The notes beneath the pieces were generated by a model that was not told the origin of the DNA, ran no database searches, and saw only the letters and a list, made by a program, of their open reading frames with translations. A stretch of 42,571 bases of DNA from Phoronis australis. Lineage: Eukaryota > Animalia > Phoronida. This document shows, piece after piece, positions 24,480 to 34,321 of the stretch. Position 1 is the first letter of the stretch; every line of letters starts with the position of its first letter. The stretch covers positions 16,985 through 59,555 of the forward strand of contig NMRA01001075.1 in assembly GCA_002633005.1 (NCBI GenBank), written 5' to 3'. The translations under genes and the position numbers were made by a program.

Positions 24480-25610
24480 TTTTCATTATAAACAACAATT
24501 AGAGAAAAGAGAAAAGCGAAAAAAAGACATTGACTTCCAACAGATCAATACAAAAACAGACTATGATATGCAAATGAAGTGATAGATTTAACCAGAATAA
24601 GATTAGTTTCAACAATGAAATTACACAAACCATTAATGAGGATATTGGCTTTGTCTGGCAAACTAAGGGATTCATTAAGTGTGGAGAATAAACCATAGTT
24701 ACTTTTGATGACCTGGAAGAGTCCCTGTCGTTGTTGAGAAAGTGAATTTTAGTCTGAACTTGTCCGCAATTTCACAACGGATAGATGTCTCTGATGTTTT
24801 GTCGAGATTTATCAGAGTTAAGTAAATATCCAGAATGCAATCTATTGAGAGATATCTCGTGAGATCTAGGAATAGTTTCAAAATTGGTAAGAGGGAAAGT
24901 TAGATTAGAAAGACAGATGTGATTTTAAGCTTGTTTTGATCATTGAGGGTGAACGGCTGTTTCTTAAATTTAAAGGCAGTGTTTTCCAATTCTATAAAGA
25001 CACTGCAATTGTTGATCTACGAGTTGCCCTGGAATATGACGGGGTATTGTGAAAATAATGCTATTCGTAAGGCCAGGACTTCGTCATCCTCGTTCATATT
25101 CGTTAATTATAAGCTTATTAGACGCGTTATTGAGAACTTCAAATTTGTACTTGGTTGTGGGTAGTTTCTTGAGACTTTTATTTTTTTCTGAACCTTTAAA
25201 TCATCCTGTGATTGAAAGTGCAGCTTGATACAGCAAGCCATCTCACTGGAGCAGAACACCAGCACTAGTGGATTGATAGAAAATGTCTCTGTAGTCAAAG
25301 TGAGGTAAGACAAATGCATTAAACAAAACTTCTAGGTGAATTGAGCTTAGTTGCCTTGATATAAGTTTGGATTCAGCAAATTTTGTACCTTACCAATTAG
25401 ATCACTGCAATGAGCATTCAAAGAGAGAGTGTTATCAAGAATAATACCTAAGTGTTTATGAATACATGTATATCTTTTTGGCATTCTCCTACCACTACGT
25501 TTTAAATCAGGGATCTACTTGCAGTAGTGAGTTTTTGGATTGTGAGAAAATAATGTCCACACTTTTTTTTCTGCTTTAAAATTCATTCGCCATTTGGCAG
25601 TCAACGAAGA
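24480..25610 (-). mobile_element. 5'-truncated, decayed LINE (CR1/L2-like), RT C-terminal region
   Basis: The minus strand reads WRMNFKAEK...HKHLGIILDNTLSLNAH...IGKV, the thumb-region signature of CR1-group LINEs. There are many disablements and the boundaries are approximate. Confidence 0.7.
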
Positions 25611-25639
25611 TCATCTTGAAGCCTCATAGCTTGTTGTGG

Positions 25640-26350
25640 AGTCTACACCCCACTCCGATTTATCCCACCTCTGGCTTGTGGCGAATGTCTCAAGTGGAGC
25701 TAGGAAGGCATCCGAGTCATCGACGCGTTGTTCGAACCTTGAGAGATTGAGACAAGTAATACGTACACCACTGCTTGAAGCCCCACCACCAGGTGTCACT
25801 TTGAACTCAATCTGGAAATGCATTGCCTTTCGTTTCTCAATATCAATAGCTTGGACATGCTCGGCTAGGTCTTGCTAGAGCTTTTGTCCGTAATCAGCTC
25901 GTTTTAGCTCTCGTTTATCACCGCACTCTGCTTGTTCCTGTGCAGGTGTTCCCCATTCCAACTCCCGTGTATAGGCGGGCTCTTCACGCTCCAATGGCTG
26001 CCGCAATAGCACTTCCTTAACTGTTCACCGGTATAACCAAACTGTTTTGCTTGTACAATACACTTTTCCCAATCCATTTTAGAGGAAGTGTATTATTCCA
26101 AGAAAGAACTTAATTAATCAATATTGGAATGATAATTATTGTGTTAAAAAAATCCAACACAATCACAAAACCATCACCTGAACTTTCCCGGACTGGCAAC
26201 CAAATGTCAGATAATGACTGACTTGTATGTATGTTTGTTTAAAATATAGCTACAAGTATGGTTTGACACTGTGCGTAGATTGAGAGAACTTGATTTAATC
26301 CAGTAACTAAGTTATTATATCATAAAAACTATTTAACACAAGTGTAACAG
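25640..26350 (-). mobile_element. Gypsy LTR-retrotransposon 5' fragment (LTR end, PBS-like site, gag start)
   Basis: ...TATCTGACA-TT-TGGTTGCCAGTCCGGGA (CA end plus TGG, 26206-26186). ATG at 26077 reads MDWEKCIVQAKQFGYTGEQLR, and LSRFEQRVDDSDAFLAPLETFATSQRWDKSEW resembles the LPxF...DDxDAYLxRFE..A...W...W gag motif. Confidence 0.65.
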
Positions 26351-27417
26351 GTTGCTAATTAAGTAAACTAACTACGCTAACGCCCTCTGTAATGATTACT
26401 TCAACAAATAAATTATAAATAATCAAACGTCTTAAACAACTTTACCATATTCGTCACGAAAAGAATGAAAAAGTCGTATTTTAATAAGCAAAAGTAGAAC
26501 ACTTTTAAAAATTAATAATAACGCTTTTGAGAAGAATGCCGAAAGCATAGTATCGAAAATTTTCATATAAATTTACGGCGGTCGTTACTATCTGATGTCT
26601 TAAATTTTTGAGACCATACAGGTACACGAAGGCACTAAAATTCCTTGAAATGTCACCAGGAAACAACACGACTGAAATAAACTAGACTAAGCAGAGGCCA
26701 ACTTATTCTCCTTGCTTAAAAGCTTACTGCAACGTACGCAAATTTTCAAATTGTGCATGTATATTGTATTCCGTCCATCGGCTGCCTGCATGATCTTGAC
26801 CTGCAATTTCCAGTTCTGTGTGTCGCGTAAAGGTTTAAGAATCTTGAGGGACATATATATTCTTAATGTGCCAAACTTTAATCGCGAAAATTTAAAAACA
26901 TGCGTTCAAACTGTTGAAAATACAATCATTGGTACTCAGAAAATATTGCTAGAAACACGACATACTGAAGCTAGTGATGGCCGCTGGTTCACGTTCAAAT
27001 ACACCGTCACAAGAACAATGATTAGCAAAGAGGGCCTTCTCAACATTATTGATTTTTTCACCCTTGAGGACATTAACAGACTATAACTAGGTAACGGGAG
27101 TGACAAAAATGATACTTTGAATAAAATACACGATTCGGATAAAAGTATAAGAGATTCAACAATAAAAATCCAATTACAAAGGTATAATGTGCAGATTAAG
27201 TTGCCAAAGTCAAATCCACCAAGCAGAATTCACGTAGTGCACGCATTACCAGAGGTTTATTACAGTTTGAAGTGGATACCATGTTTCTCCTTACACCTTC
27301 CTCAGGGGCGGATGGTTGGGAAGTAAACAGTCTTAACTCCGTAAATTTCTTCCAAATTACATTGACAACTGGTCACATCAAATGCATTAAAAGTAGCTTT
27401 AATGGTGAAAACGACAT

Positions 27418-27517
27418 CCTCTTTTTGACATGTTAATAAAAACAACAACGGTTTTAAAATTGCTTGACATGTTTCGGTGTTTATTTACTCGGAAACACAA
27501 TCATCAGAATAAGAAAA
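27418..27517 (-). ncRNA. Type I hammerhead ribozyme-like motif
   Basis: The minus strand has CUGAUGA (27507-27501), stem II GUGUUU/AAACAC, GAAA (27475-27472), palindromic stem III ACAUGU and a GUC triplet. A second ACAUGUC (27433-27427) is followed by AAAAAGAGG, which can pair with UUUCUUAUU upstream of the core (one mismatch). Confidence 0.7.
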
Positions 27518-27545
27518 GTATAGTTGCCACCTTGCTAGGCCCAAC

Positions 27546-28747
27546 GACAAGTAATGAAAGCGCTCCGAGGAGCAAAACTTGGCGAAATTAACAGAGAAGA
27601 CGACGACAGAGATGATGACTAAGATGACGGATATGACGACGATGGTGGCGATGATGGACGATACATGTTATGATATCATTCATATGACGAACTTAGAGGT
27701 CCGAAATCACTAAGAAATAGGCTACAGTCTTGAGAGACACTCGGCGACATTAATTGAAAAGACGACGTTGGAGAGGATGACGAAAATATGAATATGATGA
27801 CGACGGTGATGATGCTGATCAACATCAAAACATTCATGTGAAGCTCTTAGATGTAACAAATCAGCAAGAAATAGGCTACAGTCTTGTTCAATAGAAGCTA
27901 AACCAACATCAATGCAGTAAGGGCGCTCAACAAAGGAAAAGCGTTATCAGAAAATCTCCAATAATTCAAAAAGTAGCCATCCTAGCAAAAAATGAAAAAC
28001 ATCATCTGAAAGTCCGTTCAAAACTCTATCTAAATTGATAGTATCACACAATTCCGTATTTTTTTCGAAAAAAGGGAAATTTTGATTTTTAAGAAATTTA
28101 TAGTCAAATAACTCGAAAACGGTAAGTCTGAGAAAAAAAATTGTTACCGGTCATTTGAACAAGGAATACTTCAAATATCCACATGCAAAAATTTACGTCA
28201 TTCTCTCTTCTCGTTTAAAATGGCACTCCAGCAAAAATGGGTCAATATGCGCCAGATCCGCCATCTTGAAAGCCAGTTCCGGTTTTTTAGCTCTGTATAA
28301 TAGCATGTGATAAGATACTAGCACCTGCAAAAATTCGAAGGAATTGGCCCTATAATGCGCCCTCTACAGGAGAAAATGTTTTAGGCCAAAATTGAGGTGC
28401 GCATGCGTGATCGCCGATATTTCCGCCATCACAGGAAATAAAGAATTTCCGATACACTTGTATCACACTTCCGGTCCAATAACTGTGCCAGTTCTCAGCT
28501 CTGTACGTAAAAAATTGTAGCCTCCAGAAGCATTTGAACCTTTAATTGAAAACAAAATGGCCGCCGCATCCGCCATATTGGATCCGATCATGGCGAAAAA
28601 CAATAGGCTGCCAGTACTTCCGGCGATACAAGTTGCGTACAAATTTTGTGAAAATCGGTCAAAAAATGCGACCTGTTGAGTGCCAACAAACAAAAAAAAA
28701 ATTTATGGAAGAGTAACATACTTGGCGAAATTTACTTCGCCAAGTAA
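27546..28747 (+). mobile_element. Helentron-associated (HINE/DINE-1-like) non-autonomous element
   Basis: 3' perfect 11-bp hairpin TACTTGGCGAA-atttac-TTCGCCAAGTA (28719-28746). ACTTGGCGAAATT recurs near the presumed 5' end (27577-27589). There is an internal tandem duplication, an A-rich tract before the hairpin and no ORF. The 5' boundary is uncertain. Confidence 0.5.
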
Positions 28748-30477
28748 TGATACACACATATTCAGTTACAGGGGAGTAACAATAGGCTGGTCTAACAATG
28801 ACAACCTGTGGTATGCCAGTTGCCTATCAAGAATGGGCTTGCACCAATTGATGGGGAGAGACTCACGAATTTTAAGCCCAATTGTTGTTTCTTCTTGGTT
28901 TTTTATAGCCAAGCCATTGAAAAAGCATTGCTCATAACAATGACTGAAGCTCTGCAGATGAGTATTTATACATGTATGTGAACCTCTCTCTGAATTTAGA
29001 TATTCCCTGGATCGGGTTTTCAAATGACGAACAGTTTCACCTACATGTACATAACAGGAGCAACATCCAGCACAGACAAATTTCTACCCTTGACCGTAGA
29101 CCCGTAGGAATTTTGTCCTTAGGGTTAATTAATTAGAAAGTTTCGGAGACTTGAATGTTATTGCAAATCTCAAGTTAACAAAGTAGTAACTCACCAATTT
29201 GTTGAGTTTTCGTTGAGCAATCTTGGCGTAAAAGCCAACTCCTGGGCTGACTGCTGATTTTCACAACGATATGTGGATGATCTGTTTTGTATATCTCAGG
29301 GACAACTATTTTGACTACACAAAGGCATTCTACGAGATTAAACATTAAATGTGAAAGGTACGTCTAATGTCTGGAAATCTTCAGGATGAAGGAAAATCGA
29401 TTGACACATTCTGTGATGTTGGAAGTGATGATCACAACATCACAGTCCACATGTGTCATTTCCATCATTCCGTTAGTGATGCTCCAAATGATACTGGCAG
29501 GAATTTCTAGGATGCAACAAAATCAGCTAGCTCTACCCTTGAGAATGAACAAAGTGATAATTGATGTCGTTAATATTTTGAGTTCTACACAACTACGAAA
29601 CATGTACATGCGTGGTAATGTCGAGGTGCGCGCACCCAGCTTGAAAATGGAGTGCTCGAATTTTTGAGAATGTGGACATATTACTTAAAAATTGCGGGGT
29701 ACATTCAGAGCTATGACTTGTATTGCCTGTCTTTTAGTGGACTTTGTCTCATCTCTACTTTTTCGGAGTTTTGTTTCTCTGAGATGGATCTTTTTCCCAA
29801 ATCGCCAAATAGGGATGATCTAAGCCCTTCATAACCTGAGTTTTGTTATTTATACATTACAGACAAATGACACTTTTTGCATTTTTGCTTAACCAGATTG
29901 AATCTGGTTATTGAGTGTGATCATTGGATTTCTACATGTTATATAACAATATTTTGCATTAAGGAAGCAAAGAACATGGCTTAATGTAAACATACATGTA
30001 ACAGGTTTAAATTTTTGCACAGACGATCATATATTAAATTGTAGAGAGCGATGTAGTATTAAGGTTACGTGTACCCTTCTTTTACAAAAATACCATTGAA
30101 ACGTCGGTCTTAACTATATAGACAACCACCGACACGGTTTTGAAGTATTCTTGTCTTTGGTAACTCCTGGTGAAAGGACTTTTTCTCTATCAATGTATCT
30201 TTCAACAAACAACATCCTTGTCAAAAACGCGTGATCACGTGACAGCGAGAATGGTTCGGTGTTGCAACTGTCATGATTAGATTTCTCTTTTATTTATCAT
30301 TAGCTTCATAAAATACATTTATAAAGTTTACTTAATATATGAATTGACAGTCGCTAGTTACAATGGTATGTCGAGGATAAAGAGTGTAATAAGGAGCGCA
30401 AGTACAACTTTAATGACGTTCGGCACATCTGCAAACCTGCCAAGAGACGTGTGACGCACAAGATGAGTTTTTGTACT

Positions 30478-30820
30478 TTATAAGCATTGTTCCTATGCAT
30501 TTCTCCTGATGCTTTAATGCGCATTATAAGCATTGTTTCTATGCACGCAGTTTTACGTATCTTCTATTTGCGCATTATATGCATTGTTTGTATGCATGTA
30601 CATGTATCCGCTATTTGCCCTTTATAAGGATTGTTTCTATGCATGCAGTTTTACGTAAATTTTGCACTTTATAAGCATTGTGTCTATGCATGCAGTTATA
30701 TGTATCCTCTATTTGCGCATTATATGCATTGTTTCTATGCATGTATATGTGTCCTTTATGTGTACATTATAAGCATCGGTTCTATGCATGTACCTGTTTG
30801 TACACCATAAGCAATGTTTC
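30478..30820. repeat. Minisatellite, about 7 units mostly 47-51 bp
   Basis: Recurring TTATAAGCATTGTTTCTATGCATG... at about 30479, 30525, 30576, 30622, 30669, 30720, 30767 and 30808. Confidence 0.9.
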
Positions 30821-31027
30821 GTGTCATATAAACGCGTATCCTTTATTTTCAAAAGCTTTTGACATTAAAGATAATTGAGTATTCAAAGTCGATCCCATGT
30901 CAGATAATTAAGTAATTAAGTTACTGGGTGTGATGGATTTTTTATAGATGAATATCATTTGCAGTGGTTTCAATTGCAAAACTGTATTTTATGAATTTGC
31001 CAAACTGTTGTTGGCCAAAACTTTTTG

Positions 31028-31260
31028 GAAATTTCCGAGAGGTTTTGCCCATGTCACGAACCTAAGAGGAGTGCAGGATTTGCCTTGGAAGATTTTCTCA
31101 CATGAACTACAAAATCAATCTTTTTGTCGAAAAACTGGACTTGTCAAAAGCTTTCAATCACGTGACACAACTTTTGTAAACACATGCAGGATTACGCAGT
31201 GTAAAGTAAACCCAGTTTTTTGTTGTTTATATTTTGGTTTTAAACTAAACAATTTTAAAC
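31028..31260. repeat. Second, diverged copy of the 7.1-7.3 kb repeat (one arm only)
   Basis: GAAATTTCCGAGAGGTTTTGCCCATGTCA...TTTTCTCACATGAAC...AAGTAAACCCAG matches the reverse complement of 7110-7318. Confidence 0.75.
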
Positions 31261-31519
31261 TGCATTTAGCTTTCATAACAAACGTTAAGTTAGAATCTAA
31301 TCAGTACTCTTTGAAGTTTAACTTTGTCTTAACAAATGTTTATGAATAACAGTCGGCAGGGCTTCCCCATGCGTCAGCACTAAATTGACCATCAGACAGC
31401 AAACCCAGTCGGTCACGCCGAGTGGTTTCCTGAGTTGGGGTTAGTCTCCGTTTAAATTAACGTGGATCATTCAAAATTTGCCCCCGAAAATGGGTCCATT
31501 GAAATCATTTGCATGCCCT

Positions 31520-31760
31520 TTCGACTGGGAGTAAGTACATGATGATAATGCTGACGCTACTCCTACTGATGCTGCTGTCGCTCCTTTGGATGTCATATTG
31601 AAGCATGCTGGATTTCTCAAACATCACCTTGTCACCTTCACGGAATTCTGGCATTGTTTGTCTGCTTTCAGACTTTTGAAGAAGATAAAATTTAAGGCGC
31701 AAGGATTTCTGCTTTGTACCACTTTGTGATTCGTCCATGTTATGTAAAAAACGTTCTCGG
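31520..31760 (-). mobile_element. Possible Gypsy post-integrase fragment
   Basis: QK...KFY...MPEFREGDKV resembles the QKxYYD...LPxLxxGDxV motif that follows Gypsy integrases. It is short and degenerate. Confidence 0.3.
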
Positions 31761-34147
31761 TGGTATAATAACCAGTCGAGTCTTGTAACACATACCAGTT
31801 CATATGTGAAAATATGGTATTTGGTTACCAAATTGGTATTCGAGTCTCTGGTATGTGGACATGTACATCTACGTGACCGAGAATTCTCTCACCGATTCCC
31901 GGGTAATTCCTAGAATTCTTAGGAAATTAGACAGATACATTGCATAAATCATGCGTTCAGGTCACTCTGTTCTTAAAATGGGAATTTTTACATGCCTGAG
32001 GCATGCGGAGAACAGCTGTTATAAAATTGAACTGAAAATTCGGTAATACCACGGTCGATGACATTACTAGTTAAACAAACTGTAGTAAAATTCTTCAGAT
32101 TGGCATTCATCCAGTGAGATTACCTTTGCCAGCAGATTGTTAGCATCCCAGATGCGATTCCGCTATGAGTCTGATCTCAAAAAATCATTTTTTCGCTAAT
32201 AATGTCCCCTTAAAAATAACGGCGGAGTTAGATGATGAGTCAGCGTCTCCCATGAAAAGGTCCACTGTGGAAATTCTAGGAAATCTTAAATCAATAAAGT
32301 ACTAATTGTGCTTCCCCACGTGTATGATGACAAGTCAGGGCAACGGCAGTATTTTGTCTAAGACACTTTACGTTAGTTAGCCCACAATTGTACCTTGATA
32401 AATGTAAATGTCAATTGAAAGCCTGCAAAGAGAGCGAGTTTACCTTTTCCCACCTGGCTTGAGATTGTTACAGAGTAAGGTTTTGATAATATATTCAGCA
32501 TTCGTCATAAACACAACTCTGGTTTCTGCGGCGCTTGCATGGCAAACCATTCACGTTACAACTCCATGGCCAATGATGAATTATACACCTATATGCGACT
32601 CAGGACTAAGCCGGTCGCATCATGTCGCCCATAAAATTTCTTTTAATAGTTAATAGTAACATTCATGACATTTAAATATTTCGCTAACGTCACCACTTAC
32701 GTTTTTAGAAATATAAATTAAAACGTGTCAAAGTAAATGTCACGCAAAATCGTCATTCGTGACGTTATGAAAAACGAGTAGACTGACAGATACATGTAGT
32801 AACTACACGTATCTATAAGGTTATAGAGGACAGTAACAATTTATATAACGTGAACTACAGTAACTTCAAAATGATGTCCCAAGAACGACAGATCAGATCC
32901 ATATGAAACTTTAAGATGCTAAATTGTATGAACTGTTTTACGAAATAGAGTGTTCCACTTTTGCATGACGGTTACTAAAAATCACTTTTGTGAATTTCTC
33001 GAAACAATCGAAAATGAAATGCAGTCATAATTTATAGAATTGTAACGGATTTGTTGAGATATCATTTTGGACATTGCTGTCACTAAAATTTGGTTATTGC
33101 AGCTGGGTTATCAATGTACTTCTCTTTGTTGCAAAGCTTTATTGAAATTCCAAAATAAGGGAAGTTTGGTAAGAAGCTAAACATAATATTTTATATACCG
33201 TGTACCATCTACTCTAAATTAAATAGTATATACTTTTCCTGACATACGATCTACAGTCATGTAAACTTTTGAATTAATACAAAGAGTGGTGCATGTATAT
33301 GAAGCCCTACACTGTACATAACTTGAAGTCACATTGGTGGCAAAAATATGACGCAACTAGATCGTTGGTCAAATTTGTGAACATTACGCACCTAAATTAC
33401 GTGAGTAGGTTAAACAATTTTAGAAGGGTAAAGTAATTACTTTACGCTGCGAATAATTACTCCTTGCCTCTAAAAGTTACTTTTTACTACAAGAGATTTT
33501 TTATAAAAACCAGCGCAGGTAATGAGTTTTCGAATAAACAAGGCTTCAAATATGCGGCTTAATTTTGAGGGATATTGCATTATGTTTGTTCATTTTTTTA
33601 TCCAGTTCCAAGTTGAATTATTTTGGGACAATATAATCAAAGACTTCGCCTGGTACGCTAGGAGACTTGTTTTTGCTCTAAATATCTAATCTAAATTATA
33701 TCGCCTTCAGTTTCAGTAAAGTACGTGCGTTAGTTAAGAGGAAGTCAATATAAAAACCAGTAAATTTTCAAAAAGCAACCTGTAAGTCAAAATTCAAGAC
33801 AACTTCATTATTTAAAGGGATAGGTATCCTAACATAAAATATAAAGAATACATTTAGCGCTCCCAATGACCGCTGATTTCACCCCTGGAGCACTAGACCG
33901 CAACTGACCATATTAGCAGTCTCCAAAATTGCATGTTTTCAGCAACGAAAATAAGTAACTTCTAAAATAGATTGAAAGTTGTACTTTGGTGGCTTTATGG
34001 AAAGGAATGATTTAGACCTCGAAACGAAACCTTGCTAGGTCGATAGCTCAAAACATGCTCAGGATTGCACAATAAAAATAATTGGAATATGTGGTACATG
34101 TTTCTCCATGTCTCGCAATTCTAAAAATGAAATTCAACGAGCCTTAC

Positions 34148-34205
34148 CTAGTAATCCTACTGAAGTGAATACCAAAACAAATGTTGTTACCGTTTTTCCT
34201 TCCAT
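34148..34205 (-). CDS. Putative exon 1 (signal peptide) of the mosaic lectin gene
   Basis: ATG at 34205 reads MEGKTVTTFVLVFTSVGLL (basic residue then hydrophobic core). It ends at a strong donor G|GTAAGG in phase 1, matching the phase-1 acceptor of the sushi exon. A TATA-like box lies about 110 nt upstream. The link across an 18.7-kb intron is inferred. Confidence 0.6.
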
Positions 34206-34313
34206 TTGGTTCAAACTTAAACTGACACATGGAATACGCCGAACAAATATCGATTGACGTTCCGGTGCATCGGACAGTAATAGAGCGCAACACAAATTCT
34301 TACGTTTTTTGGA

Positions 34314-34321
34314 TATATATA
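34314..34321 (-). promoter_or_regulatory. Candidate TATA box for the lectin gene
   Basis: The minus strand reads GGCTATATATATCC about 110 nt upstream of the putative ATG. Support is motif and position only. Confidence 0.35.

Noticed and set aside
29891-29911. Short palindrome AACCAGATT-G-AATCTGGTT
   Set aside because: Too short to be distinguished from chance in AT-rich DNA.
30478-30820. CRISPR-like spacing of a repeated motif
   Set aside because: The intervening sequences are related to each other, the context is eukaryotic and there are no cas genes. It is a minisatellite.
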